Source of the DNA: Chiloscyllium plagiosum
Taxonomy: Eukaryota
Length of the DNA: 64,000 nt
Direction: 5' to 3'
Assembly: GCF_004010195.1 (NCBI RefSeq)
Contig: NC_057714.1
Coordinates: 27,207,192 to 27,271,191, forward strand
In this document: positions 13,101 through 26,625 of the stretch, in pieces
How positions within the stretch are numbered: position 1 is the first letter of the stretch
How the letters are laid out: each line of letters opens with the position of its first letter
The notes under the pieces: model-generated
The model's input: the letters and a program-made list of their open reading frames with translations, nothing else
Told to the model about the DNA's origin: nothing
Databases searched by the model: none
Position numbers and translations under genes: made by a program

Positions 13101-15589
13101 CAGGCTTTCAGGATTTTTGGAGCTAGAGCTGCAAAAGCTGTTTTAAAGCCCTGTCAAGTTTTGCTACCCCCCTGAGGAGTCTAACCATCAAACAGTCTGT
13201 TTGCTATGACAGGCCTTCATATGAAAGCATTCAAGGAACTGACAGCCCTGGTGCCAGCGGCATTGTAACTGAAAGTGGAGTTTAACTCTAAAAAAATAAC
13301 ATTAGCAAATCAGCTTATAATTGGCTTCCCCTTTTCTCAGTCCTCTCTGTGAGCTCTCATCAAAGACAGCATTAAGAAAATAAACCATGGCACCTTCCAC
13401 AGAGAAACATGTTAATTATCCTTTAGAAAGAAAGCAATATTCCTGCTTTTAGGCAAAAAAATTAAACTGCTTTCTGGTTCTATTTGCTAAAAATGTGTGT
13501 ATTGCTGCTTTTGTCTGAATTCTATTAAGTTACCCTCATTTCAAAACTGTTACAATAGTTAGCCAGATACCACATGTAATACAAAAAGGATGCATCAAAT
13601 GCAGACTCTTTAATTTGTCCTGTTACAGGTGAATTTTTTCCTGTTAAATTATTAGCAAAGAATGACAAAAAAATTCTGGACAATGATCATTTACTTCTTA
13701 AGGTTAAAAAGTACGTATAATTCAACAGTACAAGGAAAACATTAATTTATTCCAGTACCATGTAAACAGGTTCTGACTTTAAAAAATGCATGGCTGGAGA
13801 CTATAGGGTATGATTTATCTTCCAAAAAATGGTCTGACCTTAAAACTCAGGACCAACAAATTCTTGAGTGAATTATGGTCAACACCAAAATTGGAATATA
13901 AATTGCAGCCTACAGCCTGTCATCACATACTTTGTTTTTAGCTTACCTCTTACAATAACATCAATGAAGATACAGAGTATGTATAAGAAATTTACCACTT
14001 ACGTAACTAGATTATTCAGTGTTTGGGGGATTTTGCTGGAATGCTACTTTAAGGGTACCTCGGGAAATGTTAACACCAATCCACGCTTTCACTTCAGCTT
14101 TAACTCTGATAAATAATAGCCACTGGTAGTTTAAAAGCCACTTAAGCGAATTGTAAGAGAATATATTCAACTTAATTAGGCAGTAGAACTCAGAGCGTCA
14201 TGTCACACCAGTGGTCAAAGTCACAATTGAATTATAATTTATAATATTGGATATTTTTCTGATGGGGTTTATATTATGAAATTGCTTTATTGCTAAATTA
14301 ATGTCCCTTACTTCAAACTAAAAGGTGGAGGGTTTGGACCTCAATCCAGATTATTCCAAAAAGTAGAGACTACCACTCCAATTCTAAATTACCAGAAAAT
14401 ATGCAGCAGGATAGGCAGGTCATAGGTCACCCTTTTTAATGTACACATTGGGGGAGCATATAAAATCCACCTGCTATGTAGAACTGAGCACTATATCATT
14501 GTTATCAAGATGGTGAAGTCAATATGATTACTTCATTTTCAGGATATGAGGCTATGATGTGAATTTTATTCAAGTGAAATGAGACAGAATGAAATTGAGA
14601 ACAAAGCATGGAATTGTGATGCTATGGTTCCTAAACTATTTACATTTTATATGAATATCCGTTAAATTCAGTGCTAATTGTACCAAGTATTCTACTGTCC
14701 AAACAGCTGTCATAACCAAGCATCCTGTCAGAAGTATTTTCTTTCGATATTTCTGAGTTTTAAATATTTCCAAATCAACTTTTCAATTTAAATTTGATCC
14801 CTTGTCCTGCTCTCATACTCCAATATAAATAGTTCAAATTTTCTTCATCATTGAAATATGCAATTTTAAACAAGAATGTCATGGGTAGATTTTTTTTTGT
14901 TTTCAGCAATGGTGGAAAGAGAATGTTGGTGGATTGGTTGCCCATTATAAACCATTAACCGCAGTGGATAGGAAGATTAGGTGAAGTATGTAACTAGTGA
15001 GATGTCTGTTGTATGAGTGATATGTAGCACTGCTCATCATGACACATGACTTGCCATCATATTGCTCACTATAAGGTAGGCTGTCTGCCAACAGGTAGAC
15101 CTTCATGTCATAACAATGAATCAGAATCCCAGATTATTTATGAATATGTAGAACTTTCAATGATCATGTTTGTTTTGTTTTAAAAAGCCAAAATGTGACT
15201 GTGAATGTAAATGGAGCTGTCTGACAAAACCCCATGTAAACCCAGAGAATATCATGCTTGTAGAGTATCAGGGAAACTTCAGACAGAAAGAAATAGATAA
15301 CGAGGAGTTGATCAATCTTCCAAAGTCTGATTCTTGGTGATTTATGTCCCAAACCATAAACATATCTGTGTTTTACTCTCCCAGAAATATACAAAATAAT
15401 GAATTAAAAACCAACTACAATGATTGATCTGTGTGTGTTGATGGGCTGATTTGCTGGTGTGGACTATGGTGTTGTGGTGTTCATGGTTTGAGGACAACCA
15501 TTAGACACCCCAATGTTCCAGGGAAAAGGAAAAATGCTCTCTCGCACGGCAAGTACCAGAAGATAGGAAAGCCACTCATCCTTGGAATA

Positions 15590-16950
15590 TCTGGATAAGA
15601 AGAACACCTACAGCAGTCTCATATTAGTGAGTTTAGGTCCACCTTCAGTACCATAATTCCAACAAACTCATCTCCAAACTCTGAGAATTAGGACTCTGCT
15701 TCCTCCTCTGCAACTGGATCCTCAACTTCCTGTTCACAGATCGCTATCAGTAAGGACTGACAACAATGCATCCTCCATGGCAATCCTCAACACCAGTGCC
15801 CCACAAGACTGCATAATCAACCCCTTACTAAACTCTTCTCACACTCACAACTATGTGGCCAAGTTCAGCTCCAATTCTATAATATCACTGTGGTGGGTTG
15901 GATCTCAAACAATGATGAAACAGAATACAGGAAAGATATAGACAGCATAATGGCATAGTGTAAAGACAAAATTGCCTCCCTCAATGTCAGCCAAATGATG
16001 AAGCTGGTCATCAACTTCAGGAAGCGGAGTGGAGATCATGGACCTAACTGTATCAGTGGTGTTTAGGTGAAGGTGGTCAAGAGTTTCAAGTTACTAGGAA
16101 TAACTATCACCAACAATCTATCTTGGCCCACCCACATCAATGAAATAGTCACAAAAGCACACCAAAGCCTCTACTTCCTCAGAATGGCATTTCCACAATG
16201 ATTCTTCACAATTTGTAGAGATGCACCATAGAAAGAATCCTATCCAGATGCTCCACAGCTTGGTATGGCAATTGCTGTTGCCAAGACCACAAGAAATGAC
16301 AGAGTTATGTACACAGCCCAGTACATCATGAAAACCAGGCTTCCTTCCATTGACTGGGTCTACACTTCTCGCTGCCACAGGAAAGCAACAAACAAAATTA
16401 AAGACCTTTCCCACCCTGGTTATACTCTCTTCCACCTTCTTCCATTGAACACAAGATACAGAAGTTTGAAAACATGTACCAACAACTTAAATAAAAATAG
16501 CTTCTTCCTTGTTGTTATCAAACTTATCATAGAATCCCGACATTGTGGAAGCAAGCCATTCAACCCTACCAACCCTCAAAAGAGCATCCCACTCAGAGTC
16601 ATCCCCCTATTGATTCCCCAAGGCTAACCCATCTAGCCTACACATCCCTTGACACTATGGACAATTTAGCAAGGCCAATCCACCTAATGTGCACATCTTT
16701 AGAGTATGGGAGGAAAGTGTAGCACCCAGAGGAAGCCCATGCAGACATTGGGAGAGCATGCAAACTCCATATAGTCATCCAAGGATAGATGTGAATCCAG
16801 GTCCTTGGTGCTGTGAGGCTACAATGCTAACCACTGAGCTACTGTGCCACTTTTGTTACAAATGGATCACTCATATATTAGAGTTGATCTTTCTCTGCAC
16901 CTTCTTCGTCGCTGTAACACTATATTCTGCATTCTGTTCCATTACCCTGT
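15590..16950 (+). mobile_element. Rex1/Babar-type LINE, degenerate RT and 3' end, interrupted by an HE1 SINE
   Basis: Decayed equivalents of NTYVRLLF.DYSSAFNTIIP.KL..KL..LGL...LCNWILDFL, GAPQ.C...PLL, TKELVIDFRK; C-terminal TSRCHRKATNKIKDLSHPGYTLFHLLPLNTRYRSLKT. Confidence 0.8.
16526..16850 (-). mobile_element. HE1-type SINE
   Basis: Reverse complement of the HE1 head (ctaaccactgagc), core and tail. Confidence 0.85.
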
Positions 16951-17286
16951 TCAAATTACTCAAAATCCACAACTTTCCTCTCTGATGAACTCAGGTTAAT
17001 AGAAAACATTGGCTAGGTTCTGTACTTTACAAGAGAGCTGCCAACAAGGTGGTGACTTCTGGCATCTGCAACTGGCACTAGTTGCACAAACCAAGCTGCA
17101 ATCTGTCACTGGGTGAAACTCACTCTGAACACATTCTCCTTCTTATATATCTTACACATCTTCCTCCCCTGATTAAACAAAACCACACTGTAAACATAAC
17201 TTTTCAATGAGTTCTAGTAACTTGTTTTCATAATTGCAGCAAGTGCTTATCATTAAAAAGATCTTTTGCCTTTTTAGTCCACAACA

Positions 17287-17628
17287 GCTCAGTGGTTAGC
17301 CCTGCTACCCCACAGTGCCAGGGTTTCAGGTTCGATTCCAGCCTCGGGTGACTGTCTGTCTGGAATTTGCACATTCTCCCCGTATCTGTGTGGGTTTCCT
17401 CCAGGTGCTCTGGTTTCCTCCCAAATTCCAAAAGTGTGTAGGTTAGGTGAATTGGCCATAGTGTTCAGGCCATAGTGTTCAGGGATGTGTGGGTGAAGTG
17501 CGTTAGTCAGGAGTAAATGTAGAGTAATAGGTTAAGGGAATGGGTCTGGGTGGGTTACTCTTCGGAGGGTCAGTGTAGACTTATTGGGTCTAATGGCCTG
17601 TTTCCACAATGTAGGGATCCTATGAATC
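17287..17628 (+). mobile_element. HE1-type SINE
   Basis: gctcagtggttagc; B box ggttcgattcc; internal tandem duplication of ggccatagtgttca; tail gtagggatcctatga. Confidence 0.9.
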
Positions 17629-18651
17629 CAAAATAAAGAAAATGAAAAAGATGTGGTCTTTACTCCATATTTAATCAGGTAACCTAAACAACTAATCAAA
17701 TCACCTAATTTGGTCTCTGGTTTGCAAAGTGTTCATTGCTCCTCAATACAATTGATTCTCACTGGTAGCATCAGTCAGGGTTAAAACAAATAGTTGGAAT
17801 CCTGAGGAGTCATCAGTTTAGCCTGTTATTTATCTGAAACACTTGTTCGAGTGTGGTTCCCAAGGGAAAGCGTGATGTTGACATCCCATACTGTTGGCCT
17901 ATTGAGTAACGTTCTTTACTGATTGCACATGGCATTGATTTATCTGATGGAACAGAAATAAATCTGTGATTGATAATACATGCAACTTTGAAAAACTTTG
18001 AAGTATCAAGAGCATGTATTGGCAAAGACCTAAATATAGTTTTGATGTCCCCATTAAGTATAATATTTCAAGCAGATATGAACACTGAGAAATAATGTGT
18101 TTCTGTCAACTTTTGTAAAGAACATGGAAGGTCCCTATAAAACTGTACTGATGATAGATTCCCCCTTGAACTGAGGGCCACCAGATGAGGCAACCCTATA
18201 ACCAGCTTCCCAGGTAACCCAGTGCAATTCAAATTGTGCTCTGAAGTCATACGCTGAAGCAACAGATATCATTCTGCGAGTCTGTTTAGTTATGACACTT
18301 ATATTAGCTATTTTTCCTTTCCTTGGTAATTAGTTCAAACCTATCATTTTATTTTGATATCAAAACATTTTCCTCTATATCTATTGCATTAATTCCAGAC
18401 AAGTTTGAGACAAATATTTTTTATAATTGGGGTCTCATTTTGTCCTTCAATCTCAAATATTTCAATTTAATTACTCACCCAACTTGTGAATTTATTTCAT
18501 TTTAGATAAATGCTTGGTTGGGTTATTTACAGTAAATAATTTTCACCATCAATAATAAGCTGTCCTGCTATTTGTAGTGCATGATATGCTTCTTCACATT
18601 CTAAAGTATTGATCAACCACATGGAATTTATGAGGCATCTCTGTGGGCTTT

Positions 18652-19331
18652 GTGGTTCAAGTCAGTTGAAGCTATGAGGTAATTCCATTAAAGCGACATC
18701 TAATTCTTCTACAGTCATGACTTTAGTTTTTTTGTCTCTTTCAAAATCTTCCAAGAACACCCTTACTTTAAAAATAAATTGCACACTGGATTACTAAAAA
18801 TAAATTTTGGAGCCAAACATTGAAGGCACTCTGTGGAAGATTGAAATCGGGTAGTCTTTCCAACCACCCTTTGCAAGAACAGCAAAGAGACATGTTCATA
18901 TTCTTTGTCTCTCAGAAGGCCTTGGAATGTCAGAATTGGTGGTGATGAACAACTGATTGAAACCTGAGCTTGAGTCTGTTTCAATGACGACCACTAGGAG
19001 CTGTTCAAATGTATATGCATCAGTCTACAGATTCCAATAATTAACCAGAAGAGATTATTTGAAAGTTACCTCCATCTTATTTGATCTCTATGATGATAAC
19101 ATATTTCATTCAGATGAAGGAATATCTTTAGGTATGACATTTGAAATCTTATTTGGTAGTGAAGTTTGCGGGTTTTGAAGTATTTTCTTATTAATTTTCA
19201 AAACATACTTTGCTCATTCTTGTGGTGTTGCTGCAGATGAAATAAAGCTAGTAAGTAATGATGCTTGATATTCTGTCAACTATTAGTCAGGAGTGGTTCA
19301 AGTCAGTTGAAGCTATGAGGTAATTCCATTA
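18652..19331 (+). repeat. Perfect 39-bp dispersed direct repeat
   Basis: gtggttcaagtcagttgaagctatgaggtaattccatta at 18652-18690 and 19293-19331. Confidence 0.95.
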
Positions 19332-20204
19332 GTCTATCACAAAATGGAAAGGTTGCACTGCTTGACATTGATATTTTGATTTTTTTTTGTTTACAATGCT
19401 GTATTGTTAACATTTCTTCCGTGGAGTGGGAAAATGAACTATTTGCATAGTAATGCTTTTACATTAGCAAACTCAATTTAGTTGTGTAGAAGCATATAAG
19501 GTGACCCTTCATATCAGACTTTTGTATTAAATTATGCATCTAGCCATGCATTTTAGCATGGTTCACTTTTTCACAGTCTGTACTAACTCACTAAATAATG
19601 ATAAATGATAATGATAAAGGGAAGGTGTTAAAGTATCCAACTACTTCTCTTATCAAAGGACACATTTTGGAAGGTGAGGTTAATTTGTTAAAATCTCAAT
19701 CTGGAATATTCCACGTGCACTGTGTTGAAGTGAGGATAAATTGTAGTTTTAGTTTTCTATCTCATGAGTTTCTCCAGATGTTTTTCCTCAAACAGAGGTA
19801 GTTTGCAACTGAAGTTGAAATAGCTTGGAAATTGTAGGTGCATGTAAATATAATATAAAATCAGCAAGTTGGGGTGCAATAGAAAGTATTAATGCTAAAA
19901 AATGTAATCAGTAAGCTACACGTACAGTGATGTAAATCATCTTTTGATAAAGACTCTGAAGAGAAATTCTACTGTCTACAACTTGTGCTTGCTCTAAAAA
20001 TATAAATCATTTAGAGAAAGTTGAATAAAAGATAATTTTAAAAAGACCTTAAACTCCAGAAAGTTCAATGAAGCAATGCTGCCATCTTAATATCAGGCAA
20101 ACAGGCAGGGAGAGAAAGCTTCATGGATTTGTCAACTGGTAATGAAAAAGTCAGTGGTGTCCAGACTTAAGCCAGGTTCTCCACAATTGTGAGGTGATTG
20201 AAGA

Positions 20205-21450
20205 GACTATAAGTTATAGAAGAAGAATTAGACCATTCAGTCCACTGAGTCTGATCCACCATTCGATCATGTTTGATATGTTTTTCAACACTATTCTTCT
20301 GCCTTCTGCCCATAAGCCTTGAGTCCTAAATAATCAAGAACCTATCTATCTCTGTCTTAAATGACTCAATGACTCTGCCTCCCTAGCCTTCTGTGGCATT
20401 ATGTTTCACAAATTAACCACACTGTTTGTCAGAAGAAAATCCTCCTCATCTCTAAAGGGTTGTCCCTTCACTCTGAATCTTCTCCATATCCATTCTATTC
20501 AGACCTCTCAATACTCTGTAAATTTCAAAGAGAACCCCTTCATCCTTGTACACTACATCATGTATAGGGCCAAAATTCTCAACTGCTCCTCATATGAGAA
20601 ACCCTTCTTTCCCATGATCATTCCTGTGAACCTCTTCTGAACTCCCTCCAATGCCAGCACATCCTTTCTCAGATACAGGGCCCAAAACTGCTCACAATGA
20701 TCCAAATGTGGTCTGGCTAGAGCCTAATACAGTGTTAGCAGTACATTAGTGCTCTTGTATTCTAGCCCTCTTGAAATGAATGCTAACACTGCATTTGCCT
20801 TCCTAACTGTCACCTAAACCTGCATATTTACCTTAAAAGAATCCTGAACTAGGACTCCTAAGTCCCTTTCTGTTTCAGATTTCTGAAGCTATTCCCCATT
20901 TAGAAAATACTCTACACCTCTGTTCTTCCTACCAAAATGCATAACCTTACACTTTCCCACTTTGTATTCCATCTACCACTTCATTTTCCACTCCCCTAGA
21001 CTGTCCAAGTCCTCCTGCAGCGTCCTGACTTCCTCAATGCTTCCTGTCTTTCCATCTATCTTTGTGTCATCTGCAAACTTAGCAACAATTGCCCTCAGTT
21101 CCTTTGTCCAAATCGCTAATGTATAATGTGAATATCTGTGGTCCCAACACGACCCCTGCTGAATTCCACTAGTCACCAAATGCATTCCTGAAAAAAACCC
21201 CTTTATCTCCAATCTCTGCCGTCTGTAAGTCAGCCAATCCTCAGTCCATCCATGCCCTAACACTATGTCCTCTTATCTTATTTAGCAGCCTCTTATGCAG
21301 CACCTTGTCAGGAGCTTTCTGGAAATACAAATGGATCATGTCCACGAGCTCTTGTTTTGCTTGTTATCTCCTCAAGTTATTCTAACAGATGTGTCAGGCA
21401 TGACCTCCTCTTAAAGAAGCTGAGCTGACTCAGTCCTATTTTACCATGTT
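20205..21450 (-). mobile_element. CR1/HER1-type LINE RT to 3' end, degenerate
   Basis: WTEDWLTYRRQR...VTSGIQQGS...VAKFADDTKIDG...LQEDLDSLGEW. Confidence 0.9.
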
Positions 21451-23044
21451 GGAGAGTTGCCCACTAATGCTAAGTAAACTCTTATGAATAAGAGGAACAC
21501 TGAAAGTCACCAGGGTAAGTTCCTACCAACCTTGGCACACTGTGATTTCTTCCAAGAATTGAAAGAACCCTGAAGCTAAAGTATCGGGAAATCTTAGATG
21601 GATTTTAAAGTAGAACAAGAATTGGCCCTTTCAGGTAGTAGCACTTCAGAATTTACAAAATATATAGTATTAAATAGCAGCCCTTGTCTTGTTTTATTCT
21701 AAATCTTTTTCTTTGAAATGTGGAACCTTATAACTCTCAGTTAATAACTGCAAGTTCAAATTTTTTTCTAAAACTTAGTGGCCTCCATATGCATCAAAAG
21801 AAATGTGGTTATGCTAAATCTTCATGCTGTTGATTTCAGAGCCAGCGTAAGCTTTTGTGATGGATTGGAAAGAACACCCTTGGCCTCATGTGTATCCCCA
21901 ATTATACTTTCTCCAACATTGGCAGTAGTGTCTTAAATTGGCTACGTCCCAAGCTCAGGAATTCCATCCCTACACCTTTCACTCTCTGTAACTCAATTGC
22001 CTCTTTGCAACAGGACAAGATGTTCACGTTTCATTGAGCCACTGCTCTGAAGTGACAGCTCAGCAATTCAAGTCATACGTTAAAGGCTGCATTACCAGAT
22101 TGGTGTGACACACTTTAAACTCATTAATGCACTGTAATCCATAACCTTGATGACAATAGTCTGAGCTTGTGTGAAACAGTGCTCGTAGTGTGTGCAAGCT
22201 GTAGAAGTGTATGTGAGGCATGCTCCAAAGCCAAGTGTGTGAGGGGAGTTAAGGTTTTCATTGATAGAGGTCGTGCATAGCTGATACACCTTGGTGTGCT
22301 GATTTGGGCACTGCCTTCTTGAAAACTGCAGTGATAGTGACGGAATGGTGACATTGCCCCAATCAGATGGTGAGTGACTAGGATGAGGATTTGTATGTGC
22401 TTCTCAGGTCTTGGGAGACAACCAGGTGCATAAGGTTCAAATGTGGGCTCATATCCAAAGATGATCTCTGGTTCAAGCAAATCTTTTCCAAATATTGTCA
22501 ACATAATAGCTAAGTAACATGTCAGTTTGGTTGCTATTCATGACAGATTGGCTGTTTTGGAAACTGTTCAAGCAACAGCAATCATTGACCATGTAGGACA
22601 TGCCACATTTCCCCAATCCCTCCTTCATTGCATGCTTTGAATGAGGAGATCTCTGTTGGTTGGATGTAGGTGGCAGAGGGTCAGAGATCACTTTATTCAA
22701 ACCTGAAGTTCATGGCAAACAAGGTAAAGTGCCAGCCATGAACTGGGGAGACTACAGCAAAGTGGTTACATTTGTCTTTATCACAGTTGCCACCCCTCAA
22801 CAAATGCATAATATGTGAGGTGAGTTTGAGATGTAATAACACACAAATATGAATCTTCATGAAATAAAACTGTTCAATATTAAATCATCCAATTGACACA
22901 ATGGTCATTACAATAGCATCCACCACATTTCCCCTTAACCTTACCTGCAAGCTCCTGAACCATTGCAGCTTTAAGCTAAAGACTCTAAATTCATTCTCAA
23001 GAAACACATGAAAGCAGTGCCTTCTGGCATTCCTGGTTCTGAGT

Positions 23045-23485
23045 TGTAGAATCATAGAGTCATATGGCACAAAAAAAGACCCTTTGGTCCAACCAATTCA
23101 TCCCAAACAAAATCCCAAACTAGACTAGTCCCACCTGCCTGGTCCTGGCCCATATCCCTCAATCTTTCCTATTCATGTACTTACCCAAATGCCCTTTAAC
23201 TGTTATAACTGTACCCACCCCCACCACTTCCTCTGGAAGTTCATTCTAATACAAACCATACTCTGTGTAAGAAAGATTGCCCCTCATATCCTTCTTAAAT
23301 CTTTCTCCACTCAACTTAAGTATATGCCCCCTAGTCTTGAAACCCCCCACCCTAGGGAAAAGACATCAGCCATTCGCCTTACCTATGCCCCTCATGATTT
23401 TGAAAATCTCTATAAGGTCACCCCTGAATCTCCTACACTCCAGTGAAAAAAGCCCCAGCCAATTCAGCCTCTCCCTATAACTCAA
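23045..23485 (-). mobile_element. CR1/HER1-type LINE 3' fragment
   Basis: LSYRERLNWLGLFSLECRRFRGDLIEIFKIMRGI; tail ctatgattcta. Confidence 0.9.
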
Positions 23486-23499
23486 AGGAGTTAGCTGTG

Positions 23500-23830
23500 T
23501 ATTCCCTTGCAGCAAGGTTTTTAAATTGCTGTCTCCTTTTGCAGCCACTGTTCTTGCATCTCTCTACTTCCTATGGCAGCCCTCCTCCCCATTTTGTAGC
23601 CTGTCACTTTCCTTTGAAGCTCCTCACTCCTGTTTGCAGCCTCTCTTCCCTTTTTGCAGCCCCTCTCCGCACATTTCACTCCTTGCCCCATCCTTGCACT
23701 CACAATCTCCAATTTGCAGCAATTATTATCCCTTTGTAGCCCCTTTCTCTCCTTTGTAGTTACACAATCCACTCGCCCTCACCCTTTTGTAGCCTCATGT
23801 ACACCCCAACCCTAACTACCTCCTTTTTTT
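23500..23830 (+). repeat. Degenerate pyrimidine-rich minisatellite with recurring tttg(c/t)agcc
   Basis: About ten copies of YTTTG(C/T)AGC at irregular spacing of a few tens of bp in a C/T-rich background. Confidence 0.6.
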
Positions 23831-25039
23831 GGAAGTAGTTAATTACGTACACTTTTGCTATGCAATGACTACCTCTAACAAAAGAGTAATTATAGTTCAT
23901 TTAGTTTACCATCAGTGGTGAACGATTTTCCAAGCAATAATCTAGGAGAAAATTAATAGCTACTTGTACAAGCAAAAATGAATAGAAGAAAACCAACATG
24001 GAATTATTAATGACAAATCACAACTGAATGTTTTGATGATAGTCTGATTAGATTGTGTGCTTTAATTAGATGTTTTAATATTGTTTATTGTAATTTTGGC
24101 TTTTTCAGTTTTGAGTTAGTGATCTGTGGGGGGTTTTTTGTGCATCTGAAACTAAATAATTATTTTGTAACTACTTCTGTAGCCATGGTGATTTCTTTTA
24201 AAATAATTTTTGAGACCTGGTTTTAGAGTGAATAGGATTTTGTGCACCACAAAAAAAGTTTGGTCATCTTACGTTATTTTCTGACCCAGCAAGGTAAATA
24301 ATGGGGACATAGGGCTTGTTAAAAATGTCTGAAACTGAAGATTTAGAGAGAGAAATTTTTGGTTTTAGCTTTACTTTGTGTTTTGAACTGTTCTGAGGAG
24401 TCCTTTGATAAGGAAGACACACCAGTCCACCTGAGACGTGAAAGATACACAGTGAACTAAGTTACTGTAGAGTGACAATTTCAAGTTGGTCCCCAACCAG
24501 AAGTGTTGCTGTAAAATTCTGAAGCGGTAAAGCTGGGTGAATTTAAGCAAGTTTTTAATAACTGTAGAAAGTAGATCTATGCAAGTCCAGTTTAAAAGTT
24601 AAAGTCACAAATTACTTAAACCTGCCACAGTGTTAGATACCAGAACTTTGGTGTCAGTTTGTACAAATGGTTTCTTGGATAATGTCTCATGAGTGTAGTT
24701 TGAGAACTACGAAGAAAATTGGAGTTTTTGATTTCAATGAATGAATGAGTGAATTGAAATTAATCAGATTACACTTATGCTTTGTGTCTGAAATTTCTTG
24801 AATTGGCATTTTAGAAACACAGTTTGGATTCTTCCAATTTACTCACAATTCCTTCGTTTATAAAACTCTGTTTTTGTTGTTAAGCAAAACCTGCAATGTT
24901 GTGTGCTTCTGCTTCGGTGAGATACCACTTTGTTTCAATCAAAACAAATCAAAATATGATCTATTTAGCCAGGTTCCGATCTGAGATCTGACTTGTTTGG
25001 GGTAATAACCTCAGTTAGGTTCTTCATATAAGAATGAGT

Positions 25040-25450
25040 GTGAATTAATGCAATGTTGTTGGGATTGTGTTTAGGAATTTTGTAAGACTTTTGATAAAGT
25101 ACCATATAATAGGACTTTATCAAAACTGAATCCTATGGGATATAAAAAAATATAGTTACATAGGTACATAATTGGCTCAGGGATTTGATTAAACACAGTA
25201 TTATGGAGAATGATTTGTTATACGAACCGGGGAGGTATTCAATTGGTGTTCCCTTGGGTTCAATATTAGGACCATTGTCTCTTCAATATTAATTAATGTC
25301 TTAGACTTATGGAGACAGTATGGGGCATAAATTAAAATATTACAGAACATACGAGACTAAAAAGAATCATAAATAGTACAGAAGATGTTAATAGATTTCA
25401 AGAGGCCATAAACAGGTTGTCACAATAAGAGACACTGTCAGATTTAGTTT
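25040..25450 (+). mobile_element. Highly decayed CR1-type RT fragment
   Basis: aagacttttgataaagtaccacat-like (KAFDKVPH) and ggtgttcccttgggttcaatattaggacca (GVPQGSVLGP-like) motifs. Confidence 0.65.
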
Positions 25451-25532
25451 GGGAAAGACTCAACCATCAGACAAAAATGAAACTCTGAAATAGCAGACAC
25501 TTTTTAGAAAGTGCAAAAGGTAAAAATGTATA

Positions 25533-25853
25533 CAAGTAGCGCGAACTGAATCAATTTTTCCCATTGTTCGGATAGTGTAAGAATGCTTGGACGTAGCAGT
25601 GAACGCTGTTCACAGCACACGCGCCAAAGACGAACTGAATGAGATCACGTGGGGCCCGAGAGCTTTTGCGTTCAACAAGCGCGTAGCAAAGCAGAACAAT
25701 GAAACCACGTGGTCGCACACTGGCCTTTTTGCATTCGTTCCTTCGTTTGTACCTTGAATTTCGTACGTACGCTGAAGCAAAATTTTACGTACAATCCTGT
25801 TTGTAAACTGATTTGTTCGTGAACGGGGTCGTTCATATGTCGAGGCGCTACTG
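25533..25853. mobile_element. Tc1-mariner superfamily (pogo/Tigger-like) non-autonomous DNA transposon fragment, CpG-rich
   Basis: Right end reads TA|CAGTAGCGCCTCGACATATGAACG on the minus strand, like a Tigger terminal inverted repeat; left end TA|CAAGTAGCGC is a possible decayed TIR; about 25 CpGs in about 320 bp. Confidence 0.65.
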
Positions 25854-26519
25854 TACTTATCAAAATACATGGCAGGTGTTTCCAGCTTAATTTGGGTGAT
25901 CAGGTCAGATAGAAGTGTTAATCAAAATGCCCAAGACAGCATTCAATAGCCAAAACATTACCCCTCTCACAACTCCAGTAAAAATGGTTGTCAAAAGTTT
26001 CCATTTAAACTCCTGAATTGGCATTACACCATCCTGCTTCAAATCTACTGTTCTTAGCCAATTGATCTCTTGTTAGCATTGGATTCATTTACATGCATTG
26101 GGTTTCACCATTTGCACACATTATTTTAGGGATTGAAATAATGGTATAGTTCATAATGCTTCACTTGCCTGAAATTATACAAAGCCCTGTTCATTGGGAA
26201 TATTTGTTCCAGACAACAAGAACATGAATGGTCATTAGTGCCTGGTGTTCCCTTTTCCCACAATCAATTAAAGCAGCTTGTTTAAAATATTAGCTTGCAG
26301 CTAATCCATGCTTTAAATCTTCATCCATTAGAATATGAGTATAAAGCCAAACCTTAATGACTACCTGATTAATTTCTTGTACATCGGTTAAGGTGCCAGT
26401 TAGTATTTTGATGTGATAGTATAACAATTACAATTTGGAGATGACAACTTGCTTCATTTGGCTTGCACTTTTAGCATTTCGACCTTGTTAACTTACTAAG
26501 GGAGTATAATATAGAAACT

Positions 26520-26625
26520 GGGTTCTTGTGGTGCAATGGTAGTGTCTCTACCTCTGATCTGGGAGATCCAGGGTCTACCTGCTCCAATGGTGTGGAATAA
26601 CATCTCTGAACAGGATGATAAACAA
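26520..26625 (+). mobile_element. tRNA-derived SINE head fragment (not HE1)
   Basis: gggttcttgtggtgcaatggtagtgtctctacctctga has an A-box-like tRNA head; B box is degraded. Confidence 0.45.

Noticed and set aside
22124-22504. 126-aa minus-strand ORF
   Set aside because: No recognisable motifs or splice context; probably chance or a decayed repeat.
23500-23830. Repeat-spacer pattern read as a CRISPR array
   Set aside because: Eukaryotic context, short degenerate units, irregular low-complexity spacers, no cas genes.
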